Sequence record: SRR22947727_787
Reading direction: 5' to 3' (one strand)
DNA length: 41,614 nucleotides
A program made the position numbers and the translations under genes. This document shows, in pieces, positions 1 to 9,475 of the stretch (position 1 is the stretch's first letter; each line of letters starts with the position of its first letter). The notes beneath the pieces were generated by a model. That model searched no databases. It was not told the DNA's origin and saw only the letters and a list, made by a program, of their open reading frames with translations.

Positions 1-1245
1 GGCTTTTTGTACCTCTGACACTTTATCTAATTGTTCCCATGTAAATAGGGTCACTTCTTTCTCTACCCTCCCGTTGTAAGGAGACTCAAAAACTTTGGTT
101 ACTTTTCTAGGGGTTTTTCCCATATGACCGTAAGCAGCCGTTTCTAAATAAATAGGATTACGCAATTGTAATCGCTCTTCAATAGCATGCGGACGCATGT
201 CAAAAATTTCACTTACTTTTTTAGCTATTTCACCATCTGTTAGGCCTGTGGCCGATGTCCCATAAGTGTCTACATAAATACTCGTAGGCTCCACCACACC
301 AATAGCGTAACTGAGTTGCACCAGGATTTCTGAAGCCACTCCAGCTGCCACTAAATTCTTAGCCGCATGTCTGGCTGCATAGGCAGCCGAACGGTCTACC
401 TTAGAAGGGTCTTTACCGCTAAAAGCACCACCTCCATGGGCCCCTTTACCGCCGTAGGTATCTACGATAATTTTTCTTCCAGTTAGGCCAGTATCTCCAT
501 GAGGACCACCAATCACAAACTTGCCCGTAGGGTTAATATAATAGGTGATCTGGTCATTAAACAAGGCCTGCACATGGGTGGGAAATTGCGCAATCACTCT
601 TGGAAAAAGCTTTTCAATAATATCTTTTTTAATAGTGTCTAACATGGCCTGATCATCTTCTAAAAAGGGATCGTGCTGTGTAGAAACTACAATCGTGTCT
701 ATTCGCTGCGGTGTATTGTCGTCTGAATATTCAATAGTTACTTGGGCCTTGGCATCTGGCCTGAGGTAAGGAATCTCTGTTGCTTCCCTTCTCATGGCAG
801 CCAGTTCCTCTAAGATTTTATGAGAAATATCTAGCGCCAAAGGCATGAAGTTCTCTGTTTCTTTGGTCGCATAGCCAAACATCATTCCCTGATCTCCTGC
901 ACCCTGCTCTTCCTTAGTTGCCCTGTCTACTCCTTGATTAATATCCTGAGACTGCTCATGTATTAAAGAAATTACCCCACAAGAGTCTCCACTAAACTGG
1001 TACGCCCCTTTGGTATAGCCAATTTTGTTGATTACATCTCTGGCTATTTGCTGAACGTCTAAATACGTATTGCTTTTCACTTCTCCTGCCAAGACCACTT
1101 GTCCAGTAGTCACAAGGGTTTCACAAGCCACTTTACTCTGAGGATCAAAGGCCAAAAAATTATCCAATAAGGCATCTGATATTTGATCAGCAATTTTATC
1201 TGGGTGTCCCTCACTAACAGATTCTGAAGTAAATAAATAAGCCAT
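1..1245 (-). CDS. metK: S-adenosylmethionine synthetase (3' end runs off the window start)
   Basis: Not in the ORF track. Manual translation from ATG at 1245 gives MAYLFTSESVSEGHPDKIADQISDA..., GAGDQGMMFGYAT, GGAFSGKDPSKVDRSAAYAARH, ending ...WEQLDKVSEVQKA at position 1 with no stop in the window. Confidence 0.98.
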   Translation of the reverse strand, partial: MAYLFTSESVSEGHPDKIADQISDALLDNFLAFDPQSKVACETLVTTGQVVLAGEVKSNTYLDVQQIARDVINKIGYTKGAYQFSGDSCGVISLIHEQSQDINQGVDRATKEEQGAGDQGMMFGYATKETENFMPLALDISHKILEELAAMRREATEIPYLRPDAKAQVTIEYSDDNTPQRIDTIVVSTQHDPFLEDDQAMLDTIKKDIIEKLFPRVIAQFPTHVQALFNDQITYYINPTGKFVIGGPHGDTGLTGRKIIVDTYGGKGAHGGGAFSGKDPSKVDRSAAYAARHAAKNLVAAGVASEILVQLSYAIGVVEPTSIYVDTYGTSATGLTDGEIAKKVSEIFDMRPHAIEERLQLRNPIYLETAAYGHMGKTPRKVTKVFESPYNGRVEKEVTLFTWEQLDKVSEVQKA

Positions 1246-1321
1246 AGCATCAATTTTTAAAGTTGACGAGTGCGAATTTGACTTTTTAGAGGGGTTTGTC
1301 ACTACATTGAAAAACGTAGTG

Positions 1322-1399
1322 AACTGCTTTAGCACTTTTTTTTACACAAGCCTTATGAAGCTTTGTAAAGAGGTTGCAATCAGTCAAATCCTTCCTCTT
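1322..1399 (-). ncRNA. SAM-II class riboswitch (long-loop variant) in the metK leader
   Basis: Minus strand reads AAGAGG-AAG-GAUUUGACUGAUUGCAA-CCUCUU, then an inserted hairpin UACAAAGCUU-CAUA-AGGCUUGUGUA, then an A-tract and GUGCUAAAGCAGUU. It has the P1 helix AAGAGG/CCUCUU, the SAM-II hallmarks GAUUU, UUGCAA and GCUAAA, and a pseudoknot GACUG/CAGUU, and lies upstream of metK. Confidence 0.88.
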
Positions 1400-1412
1400 A
1401 ATAAATAAAGCA

Positions 1413-1443
1413 CAAATGTATGCTAGGTTTTTTTTAAAAACAA
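1413..1443 (-). promoter_or_regulatory. Bacteroidota sigma-A promoter for the riboswitch-metK transcript
   Basis: Minus strand TTG (1443-1441), N20, TACATTTG (1420-1413) matches the TTG-N~19-21-TAnnTTTG consensus just 5' of the aptamer. Confidence 0.75.
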
Positions 1444-1462
1444 CACAATATCTAATTTTTTT

Positions 1463-4150
1463 TTACAAATCGTATTTAAGCTTAAACACCACATACCTAG
1501 GCTGTACCATATAAGCAGAAGAACTGATGAATAAATCATTGAATCCATCTTGGTTCAACGCATCTGTATTCAGGGCATTGGTTACTTGAATATTGTATTC
1601 CCATTTACTGTCTTTTTTCTGGTAAGACAGATTGGCATTTAAAAAGGCATACTCGTTGTCTGCTGTTTTAGCGGCATCTCTGTAGTGGTAATAATCGTAG
1701 TCTGCCGTAAAAATAAACGATTTTAAAAACAGCATATCCAACTTAGCAAAAGGCCTGTCTGTATAAAAAGTACTCAACCTACCTGCATTGTTATAATCAT
1801 TTACGGTATAAGAATAACCCAATTCTAAATTAGGTGCCGCTCTGAAATTTGTTGCTAAAGACCCCCTATACGTCTGGGTAAAAGATTTAGACACTCTAGG
1901 GGTATTGTTAATGACATTGTTTAGTATAGACTGAGAAAAATTGGCCCTACTACTGACCTTAAGTTTTCCAAAAGTTCTCTGGTAATTGGCAGAAGCCGTA
2001 AAAGTCTCATCTGGCAAAGCCGCATTAATGGTCGTATTTACTTGGTTTATCCCAGTAATGACTCCTGCATTTTTGAAAGCATCTATTCTTTTGTTGTAAG
2101 CAAAATTGGCAAATATGTTTTGAAAATTAAACATATTAAAACTAAAAAAATTCAAACTTGCACTGTGGTATAAAGCGCTCTCTAGATCTCTATTTCCTTG
2201 ATAAATAGCGTTGTAGTTGCTAAACACATAACCCGCAGCCAGGTTATTGATGTCCGTAAACTCTCTAGAAATACTGTAATTCAAACGAATATTCTCGGAC
2301 TTTCTCATCTGAAAATTAACAAACAAATCCGGTACTATATTGGTTAGATTGTCTGTCACAGTACTACCTAATTGAGTATTTTTTGCACTGTATTGGTGTA
2401 TATTAAAGCCTGGGTTAAAAGTAAATTTTCCTGTAATCACCTTGTAGTGAAAACCGGCATAAATGTCATTAAAACTAAAAGAAACCCTATTGTTAAAAAG
2501 GTTTTCATCTAGACTATTTATGGCGCCTCCAGAAAGGGTTTCAAAAATATCTGAGTTAAAATCTTGTTGGCTAAGCGTTGTTCCTAAAGTGAAATTTAAA
2601 TTGCTCTTTGGACCAGTCACTAAATAATAATCTAGCTTGGCGTCTAATTTATTAGTGGTCACTTCCTGTCCTTGGTTAATATTAAAACCCAAACCGTTTC
2701 CTACCAAAGGTAACACACCATTAAAGGGCTCCTGCGTCCTCACGGCATTGTAAAATGGATCTTCTTTTTGGTACATATGCTGCCCTTGAAAAGCAAATAT
2801 ATGCGCGTCTGACAAGGTGTAATACAAGCCTGTATTTTGGGTAATTGTAATAGGATCTTGGGTATTGTTCTCTACAATATCTTCATTGACTAAAGCCCTA
2901 GAGGAAAGCATACGCTCCTCTTCTTGAGAAGATTGTTTTAGCAGCACATCATAGTCCCACTGTAATTGTGAAGAGGGCTTATACCTGGCACTAAACTTAC
3001 CCAATCCCAAGCTAGCTTTCTGGTTCGTATTGGTGGTAGATTGCTCCGTTTGGTTAGACACAATAAACTGCCTAGCGGTAATGGTTTCTAACAAGGTGCC
3101 TGTATAAGAGTAAATAGCAAAACCACTCAAGTCTAATGCAGGAGTAGCAGCGTAGTTAAAATTGGCTGCACCAAATTTAGTGTCTATGGCTTTGGCCCTG
3201 TTATTTTGCAACAATGATATGCCCAATGAATTATTAGTGGCATTAAACTGAGTGCCCCCTGCCCTACTAAAATTAGCCATGCCCCCAGTAAAATTGAAAA
3301 AATCTCTTGGTGTAAAAGGCAATTCTCCAATATTATTAACATCCGTAATAAGATTTACTGAAAATTTGGGGCTGTAATAAAACACTTTAGGATGGGCTAA
3401 AAAAGTGTCCTCCAAACCTTTACCTGCGGTAATTTCCCCAAACCAAAATCTTTCTTTACCTTCTTTGAGTTTAATATTAATAGCCACATTATCTTGGTTA
3501 TTAGTCACCCCACTCAATTGGCTCACCTCGGAATAGTTTCTAAGCACCTCTACTTTGGAAATGGCGTTTGCCGGAATATTTTTTGTAGCCAATTTGGTGT
3601 CTCCGTCAAAGAAATCTTTACCGTTCACCATAATTTTACCCACCTTTTTGCCTTCTGCTTCTATTTCTCCCTCGTCATTTATTTCTAAACCTGGAAGCTT
3701 CTTAATGACGTCTGCTAATTTTTTCTCAGTGCCACTTACAAAAGAATCTGTATTGTACACGATAGTATCGCCCTGAATGGTCACTGGAATTTCATAAGTA
3801 AGCTCCACCTCATCTAAGGCCTCTGCCTGGGGGTCTAGTGACACATCCTTTAAAAAATCCTGTAAAGTGGTCGTAACCAGATACTCTTTTGGTGTGAAGC
3901 CAATATAACTCACCTTGACCCTATAAGTGGTATTGGCATTGACTATAATTTTATAGCGGCCATTTGGATCCGTAATACCAAAACCATCTAAGGCTTTAGT
4001 GGCCTCATTAATAGCCACTACATTGGCCATATCTAAACCCACACCCAAAGAATCTTTAACGACTCCTGTAATGGTTACTTTTTGTGCTTGAACCAATTGT
4101 ACAAAGCCAAACAAAAGTGTAGCCAAGACATATTTTAAACTTTTTTTCAT
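1463..4150 (-). CDS. Large outer-membrane beta-barrel / TonB-dependent receptor-like protein with an N-terminal carboxypeptidase-regulatory-like domain (GLPGLI-associated type)
   Basis: Signal peptide ending AQ-K; ITGVVKD...YRVKVSYIGF (CarbopepD_reg-like); plug-like segment KKLPGLEI...VNGKDFF...IPANAISKVEV; C-terminal amphipathic beta strands ending PRYVVFKLKYDL. Confidence 0.8.
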   Translation of the reverse strand: MKKSLKYVLATLLFGFVQLVQAQKVTITGVVKDSLGVGLDMANVVAINEATKALDGFGITDPNGRYKIIVNANTTYRVKVSYIGFTPKEYLVTTTLQDFLKDVSLDPQAEALDEVELTYEIPVTIQGDTIVYNTDSFVSGTEKKLADVIKKLPGLEINDEGEIEAEGKKVGKIMVNGKDFFDGDTKLATKNIPANAISKVEVLRNYSEVSQLSGVTNNQDNVAINIKLKEGKERFWFGEITAGKGLEDTFLAHPKVFYYSPKFSVNLITDVNNIGELPFTPRDFFNFTGGMANFSRAGGTQFNATNNSLGISLLQNNRAKAIDTKFGAANFNYAATPALDLSGFAIYSYTGTLLETITARQFIVSNQTEQSTTNTNQKASLGLGKFSARYKPSSQLQWDYDVLLKQSSQEEERMLSSRALVNEDIVENNTQDPITITQNTGLYYTLSDAHIFAFQGQHMYQKEDPFYNAVRTQEPFNGVLPLVGNGLGFNINQGQEVTTNKLDAKLDYYLVTGPKSNLNFTLGTTLSQQDFNSDIFETLSGGAINSLDENLFNNRVSFSFNDIYAGFHYKVITGKFTFNPGFNIHQYSAKNTQLGSTVTDNLTNIVPDLFVNFQMRKSENIRLNYSISREFTDINNLAAGYVFSNYNAIYQGNRDLESALYHSASLNFFSFNMFNFQNIFANFAYNKRIDAFKNAGVITGINQVNTTINAALPDETFTASANYQRTFGKLKVSSRANFSQSILNNVINNTPRVSKSFTQTYRGSLATNFRAAPNLELGYSYTVNDYNNAGRLSTFYTDRPFAKLDMLFLKSFIFTADYDYYHYRDAAKTADNEYAFLNANLSYQKKDSKWEYNIQVTNALNTDALNQDGFNDLFISSSAYMVQPRYVVFKLKYDL

Positions 4151-5073
4151 TAATTGCGAATCATAATACTGCGACCTCCAGACCTACCACTGCCTCTAAA
4201 TTGTTCCGACATTTCCAATGCCTTTTTAGTCATGGTCTCTTGGTATTCTTTTTGTGAAATTTTCTTACCCTTTTTAGGGGCCTCTATCGTTAAAGTTTCC
4301 TTGGGGTTTAAAGTGATTTTAGAACATAAAATAGCGGTTCTACCTTCAGAAACCTCCAAGATAAGTCCCGGTAATCCCCAATATTCTCCAGGTCCTTGGC
4401 TAATTGGAATATCCAAAGTATACCAGGCGGTCACGATTACTTCACTGGGCATCTCTATTCTGGATGCCAAAGAATTTTCTCCTTCTTTATTGGTTTTAGT
4501 TGAATCCTTTTCAGTAGTAAGCCCTTTTTCATTTTCAGCTGTGCTATTACCCCTTTGTCCTGGCCTCATTCTACCAAACATAGATCTCATGGTGGTGTCT
4601 AGTGGTTTGACAGCAGTGGCTTTATAGCAGGTGTATTGTCCTATTTGCTTTGTTTCTGCGGTCATGGTCCAAGCCAAGGGCTTTAAAGTATCCTCTACCA
4701 AAAAGGGCTTTCCAAAAATGTCTGTCTCGTTTGTATAGGTTTGGGCCTGTATGTCTTTATAATAGGCTCCAGAACCACCACCTAAACCCATAAACCGCAT
4801 TCCGCCTCCGCCTCCTGCACCAGGCTGATCTAATTTTTGCTCCTCTTGATAAGTGGATTTGGTTCGGTCAAAATTCAACACAAAAGTCTTTTCAAGCATA
4901 GACTTCATGCGCTCTTGAATCAGCTTCTTTTGGGCTTCAGGCATTTGTCTGCCTCCGAAATTCATGTCTACCGTAGATTTGGACATATAGGTAGCCGTCC
5001 CCTGAAAGTCTTGAGCAGCTCCAACTGTTTGCACTACTATGATTATAAAAAGCGTCTTAAAAAATGTGTTCAT
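4150..5073 (-). CDS. GLPGLI family protein (secreted/periplasmic)
   Basis: Signal peptide; KQIGQYTCYKATA and AWYTLDIPISQGPGEYWGLPGLILEV signature; its stop overlaps the downstream start (TAATG). Confidence 0.93.
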   Translation of the reverse strand: MNTFFKTLFIIIVVQTVGAAQDFQGTATYMSKSTVDMNFGGRQMPEAQKKLIQERMKSMLEKTFVLNFDRTKSTYQEEQKLDQPGAGGGGGMRFMGLGGGSGAYYKDIQAQTYTNETDIFGKPFLVEDTLKPLAWTMTAETKQIGQYTCYKATAVKPLDTTMRSMFGRMRPGQRGNSTAENEKGLTTEKDSTKTNKEGENSLASRIEMPSEVIVTAWYTLDIPISQGPGEYWGLPGLILEVSEGRTAILCSKITLNPKETLTIEAPKKGKKISQKEYQETMTKKALEMSEQFRGSGRSGGRSIMIRN

Positions 5074-5092
5074 AATGATTAAGTGTTTAACC

Positions 5093-5121
5093 TTTGACTA
5101 AAGGATTTGTGAAAAGTTTAA
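5093..5121 (-). promoter_or_regulatory. Putative ECF (sigmaE-like) promoter of the GLPGLI operon
   Basis: Minus strand TAAACTT-N16-TCAAA (preceded by TAG, i.e. TAGTCAAA), about 20 nt before the ATG; resembles GAACTT-N16-TCAAA. Confidence 0.5.
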
Positions 5122-5279
5122 TCTAAAATAAAAAAAATCCTCCTTCAAAATAGAAAAAAGCCTATCATCCAAAAATGGCAAATACTTTTAGTCATTTAGA
5201 TTTTATAAAATTGTAGAATTTAGGTATCTTGTTGCCCCCTTATATAGGAAGACAATAACCTAACCAAATACCAAAAAGT

Positions 5280-5894
5280 ATGCATGTAGCCATTGCCGGA
5301 AACATTGGAGCTGGAAAAACCACGCTCACACAATTACTCTCTAAGCACTATAACTGGGATGCACACTTTGAAGAAGTAGAAGACAATCCATACTTAGATG
5401 ACTTCTACAATCAAATGGAAAGGTGGAGTTTTAACCTCCAAATTTTCTTTCTCAACAGCAGGTACAGACAAATTCTAGAGATTAGAGAATCCGGTAAAAA
5501 TATTATCCAAGACAGGACCATTTATGAAGACGCCTTTATATTTGCCCCTAACTTACACGCTATGGGGCTAATGACCAATAGAGATTTTAACAACTACAAA
5601 CAGTTGTTTGAACTGATGGAAAAATTAGTGCAACCACCAGAGCTAGTGATCTACCTTAGGAGCTCTGTACCCAATTTGGTCAGTCAAATTCAAAAAAGAG
5701 GCCGTGAATACGAAAATACCATCTCTATAGACTACCTCAGCAGACTAAACGAACGCTATGAAGCGTGGGCACACGGATATACCAATAGTAAATTATTGGT
5801 CATAGATGTAGACCCTTTAGATTTTGTATCCAAACCAGAAGACTTGGGAACCATCATTGAAAAAATAGACGCGGAGATTAATGGTTTGTTTTAA
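5280..5894 (+). CDS. Deoxynucleoside kinase (Dck/Dgk family)
   Basis: P-loop IAGNIGAGKTT, DRTIYED motif, lid KRGREYE. Confidence 0.95.
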   Translation: MHVAIAGNIGAGKTTLTQLLSKHYNWDAHFEEVEDNPYLDDFYNQMERWSFNLQIFFLNSRYRQILEIRESGKNIIQDRTIYEDAFIFAPNLHAMGLMTNRDFNNYKQLFELMEKLVQPPELVIYLRSSVPNLVSQIQKRGREYENTISIDYLSRLNERYEAWAHGYTNSKLLVIDVDPLDFVSKPEDLGTIIEKIDAEINGLF

Positions 5895-5896
5895 AC

Positions 5897-6349
5897 TCAA
5901 AGAACCTCCAACACCTTTATACTATTTCCTCTAAAGGAAAAGGATTCTCCAGCTTTTTTGCCGAGTAGTAATTGCCCTATGGGACTTTGGGGAGAGATGC
6001 AGTAGATTTTTTTGTCGTTGTGGGAGAAGGCATCGGCCGGGACGGCCAAAAAATAACTAGCCAAACTGGTATTCACTAAGGCACCAGGAGCTATATGTAC
6101 TGTAGTGGTCTTATTTTTCAAAGCGTCCAGTGTCTTTATATCTTGATCATTGTGTTCGCGTTGTTGTGCTAATTTTTCTCGCTCTAGCTGAATCATGGCG
6201 CGACCGGTTTCGTGTTTGTCTCCGGCAGAGCTTTTCCCTTCACTATCTAGAGATTCAAGTAAAGATTGGTCTTGACTTAAATAGCCTTTGGCTTTTTGAC
6301 GCAAATAAGATTCACAGTGGTGGTAGACGGCTGTTTTAATCAATGACAT
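5897..6349 (-). CDS. GreA/GreB-like protein (Bacteroidota type)
   Basis: Coiled coil with tip KSSAGDKHETGRAM and C-terminal ISPQSPIGQLLLGKKAGE (GreA/B C-domain motif). Start moved to ATG 6349 because the longer ORF begins inside a terminator hairpin. Confidence 0.78.
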   Translation of the reverse strand: MSLIKTAVYHHCESYLRQKAKGYLSQDQSLLESLDSEGKSSAGDKHETGRAMIQLEREKLAQQREHNDQDIKTLDALKNKTTTVHIAPGALVNTSLASYFLAVPADAFSHNDKKIYCISPQSPIGQLLLGKKAGESFSFRGNSIKVLEVL

Positions 6350-6364
6350 ATTTTTCTGTTGTAT

Positions 6365-6399
6365 AAAAAAGCCCATAACCAAATGGCCATGGGCTTTTT
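6365..6399 (-). terminator. Intrinsic terminator of hppA
   Basis: Minus strand stem GCCCAUGGCC / GGUUAUGGGC (with G-U pairs) followed by U6, about 30 nt after the hppA stop. Confidence 0.8.
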
Positions 6400-6425
6400 G
6401 GGGCTAAGCCCTTATGTTTGAGTGT

Positions 6426-8831
6426 TTATTTACGCACGTCCATTTTTTGAATTTCAATGCTAATCTCACTACCGGATTGGCTGTCTATGTCGGCCTGAAA
6501 GGCAGCCAACTCTTCCTGCACACTGGCTTCTGTACCTTCAAATACACGCTCTACTGTTTTAGTTTCACCATTTTCAGTAATGGTGTAAACTACACTTGCA
6601 GACACCTGGTCTTGGTCGTTAGAAGTCGCATTAACAGAAACTGAGATCTCTTGGTGAGATTCATGCAATCCTTCTGAGGTATGTCCTTCTCCCAAAATAG
6701 GGGCAATCACCAGACCTACAAGGCAGGTTAACTTAATTAAAATATTCATAGAAGGTCCTGAGGTATCCTTAAAAGGATCTCCCACCGTATCTCCAGTAAC
6801 CGCAGCTTTGTGCGCGTCTGAACCTTTATAAGTCATTTCTCCGTTAATCATTACACCAGCCTCAAAAGACTTTTTAGCGTTGTCCCAAGCACCTCCAGCA
6901 TTGTTTTGGAAAATAGCCCACATAACACCACTCACACAAACACCAGCCATATACCCTCCTAAAGGTTCTGCACCAAAAACCAGTCCAATAAAAATTGGGG
7001 TAATGATGGTAATTAAACCTGGCAAGATCATTTCTCTAAGGGCTGCTTTGGTAGAAATGTCTACACATTTAGCGTATTCTGGCGTACCAGTTCCTTCCAT
7101 GATTCCTGGAATTTCACGGAACTGTCTTCTCACCTCTTGTACCATTTCCATCGCAGCTTTTCCTACAGATTGCATGGCCAATGCAGAGAAGACCACTGGG
7201 ATCATTCCTCCTACAAATAGCATGGCCAACACGTCTGCTTTAAATATATTGATACCGTCAATCCCGGTGAAAGTCACGTAGGCAGCAAATAAGGCCAAGG
7301 CAGTTAGTGCTGCAGAGGCAATAGCAAAACCTTTACCAACGGCTGCAGTAGTGTTTCCTACCGAGTCTAAAATGTCTGTACGCTCCCTTACTTCTGGGGC
7401 CAATTCACTCATTTCTGCTACCCCTCCTGCGTTGTCTGCAATGGGTCCAAATGCGTCTATGGCTAATTGCATGGCTGTGGTGGCCATCATGGCCGATGCC
7501 GCAAGCGCCACCCCATAAAAACCGGCCAATTCATAAGATCCGTATATGGCGGCTGCGAATAAAATAACCGAAGAAAAGGTAGATTTCATTCCCACCGCTA
7601 ATCCTGCAATAATGTTGGTGGCAGCCCCTGTAGAACTGTTCTCCACTATATCCATGACAGGTTTTTTACCCAATGAAGTGTAATATGCTGTAACAAAAGA
7701 AATTAAGGCACCTACCGCCAGTCCAATACAGGCTGCATAAAATACGTTAATGGAAGGAATGTCTTTAATACCCTCACCAAAGAAATTCATCTGAAGGGTG
7801 GCTGGAAGCATCCAATCTATTAAAAACCAAGAGGCTACTAAGGTCAGTGCAATGGCTACCCAGTTACCCGTGTCTAATGCGCGTTGCACTTGAGATTCTT
7901 TAGCATCGTTTGAGGAAATTCTCACTAAGAAAGTTCCTACTATAGAGGCTAAAATCCCTACACCTGCTATCACAATAGGCAATAAAATAGGGCCCATATT
8001 GTTAAATACATCTGTGAATGATCCTCCAGCAGACATGTCTTTAATTAAGTAATTACCCAATACCATTGCGGCCAATACGGTTGCTACATAAGAGCCAAAA
8101 AGGTCTGCCCCCATTCCGGCAACGTCGCCTACATTGTCTCCTACGTTGTCTGCAATAGTGGCTGGGTTTCTTGGGTCGTCTTCAGGAATCCCTGCTTCTA
8201 CTTTTCCTACTAAATCTGCGCCTACGTCTGCCGCTTTGGTATAAATACCCCCACCCACACGAGCGAAAAGTGCAATAGATTCTGCTCCTAAGGAGAATCC
8301 GGCGAGCGTTTCTAGTACTACGGTCATATTCTCGTAAAAGCTTCCATCTGCACCCATAAATTGGCCTAAGAAAAATAAGAACAATAAACTGAGTCCTAAA
8401 ACCGCTAAACTAGCCACCCCTAAACCCATTACGGTACCACCACTAAAAGATACTTTTAATGCTTGTGGTAAGCTGGTCTTGGCTGCTTCTGCTGTTCTTG
8501 CGTTGGAATCTGTGGCAATTCTCATCCCTATATTTCCCGCTAAAGCAGATAGAATGGCCCCAAAAATAAAAGCGGGCACAATCATCCAACTGGTGGTTTC
8601 TACCACCAATGATATTCCGTATAATGCCACAGAGGCAATAACCACAAAAATGGCTAAAAGCCTGTATTCTGCTCCTAAAAAGGCGAGCGCTCCTTCCTTG
8701 ATGGCTTTAGAAATGCCTTGCATTTTTTCATCGCCAGCGGGCTGTTTTTTAACCCATGCCATTTTAACAAACATGAATAATAATCCTAAAACAGCTAAGG
8801 CTATAGGAAGAAAAATAATATTAGATTCCAT
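6426..8831 (-). CDS. hppA: Membrane-bound ion-pumping pyrophosphatase, K+-dependent, probably H+-translocating
   Basis: [46 protein letters not shown] and [15 protein letters not shown] motifs; many TM helices. Confidence 0.97.
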   Translation of the reverse strand: MESNIIFLPIALAVLGLLFMFVKMAWVKKQPAGDEKMQGISKAIKEGALAFLGAEYRLLAIFVVIASVALYGISLVVETTSWMIVPAFIFGAILSALAGNIGMRIATDSNARTAEAAKTSLPQALKVSFSGGTVMGLGVASLAVLGLSLLFLFFLGQFMGADGSFYENMTVVLETLAGFSLGAESIALFARVGGGIYTKAADVGADLVGKVEAGIPEDDPRNPATIADNVGDNVGDVAGMGADLFGSYVATVLAAMVLGNYLIKDMSAGGSFTDVFNNMGPILLPIVIAGVGILASIVGTFLVRISSNDAKESQVQRALDTGNWVAIALTLVASWFLIDWMLPATLQMNFFGEGIKDIPSINVFYAACIGLAVGALISFVTAYYTSLGKKPVMDIVENSSTGAATNIIAGLAVGMKSTFSSVILFAAAIYGSYELAGFYGVALAASAMMATTAMQLAIDAFGPIADNAGGVAEMSELAPEVRERTDILDSVGNTTAAVGKGFAIASAALTALALFAAYVTFTGIDGINIFKADVLAMLFVGGMIPVVFSALAMQSVGKAAMEMVQEVRRQFREIPGIMEGTGTPEYAKCVDISTKAALREMILPGLITIITPIFIGLVFGAEPLGGYMAGVCVSGVMWAIFQNNAGGAWDNAKKSFEAGVMINGEMTYKGSDAHKAAVTGDTVGDPFKDTSGPSMNILIKLTCLVGLVIAPILGEGHTSEGLHESHQEISVSVNATSNDQDQVSASVVYTITENGETKTVERVFEGTEASVQEELAAFQADIDSQSGSEISIEIQKMDVRK

Positions 8832-8896
8832 AAATAAGTAATTGAGTTTAAGTTTAGTTTATGTTATAAGCCCCCTAATGTAGCAAAATATGCGTT

Positions 8897-8929
8897 AAAA
8901 AAAAAGGCGCCCCTGCGGGGCGCCTTTTT
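8897..8929 (-). terminator. Intrinsic terminator of ppa (potentially bidirectional)
   Basis: AAAAAGGCGCCCC-TGC-GGGGCGCCTTTTT perfect inverted repeat with U9 on the minus strand. Confidence 0.9.
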
Positions 8930-8947
8930 GAATTTTTTTTGCTCAGT

Positions 8948-9475
8948 CTACTTAATAGTTACCTCAGCTAATGGAACGTCTGAATCTTTAAAACGATTCA
9001 AGCACTTGGCCACAATTTCTTTGGCCTCGTGAACGTCTCCCCATCCGCCAACATCTACTTTTTTCTTTTCAAGGTCTTTGTACACCTTAAAGAAGTGCTC
9101 TATTTCTTTGATCAAATGTGGGTTTAAGTCAGACAAATCATTGGCTTTATTCCAATTTGGATCAGAAACCGGTACGCAAACTATTTTTTCATCTGGGCCT
9201 TTTTCATCTGCCATATGGAATACACCAATAGGTTTCACTTCCATGACACAGCCAGGAAAGGTAGGTTCTGTAACCAAGACCAAAACATCTAATGGATCTC
9301 CATCTAAAGCCAATGTTTCTGGTACAAATCCGTAATCTGCTGGATACATCATAGAAGAAAATATCATTCGGTCGTAACGAATTTTCTTTAACTTAAAGTC
9401 GTACTCGTATTTATTTCTACTTCCTTTAGGTATCTCAATTAAAACATCAAAAGAGGTTATATTTTTCTCGCTCAT
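8948..9475 (-). CDS. ppa: Soluble inorganic pyrophosphatase, family I
   Basis: IEIPKGSRNKYEYD, YPADYGFVPETLALDGDPLDVLV and DEKGPDEKI motifs. Confidence 0.97.
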   Translation of the reverse strand: MSEKNITSFDVLIEIPKGSRNKYEYDFKLKKIRYDRMIFSSMMYPADYGFVPETLALDGDPLDVLVLVTEPTFPGCVMEVKPIGVFHMADEKGPDEKIVCVPVSDPNWNKANDLSDLNPHLIKEIEHFFKVYKDLEKKKVDVGGWGDVHEAKEIVAKCLNRFKDSDVPLAEVTIK

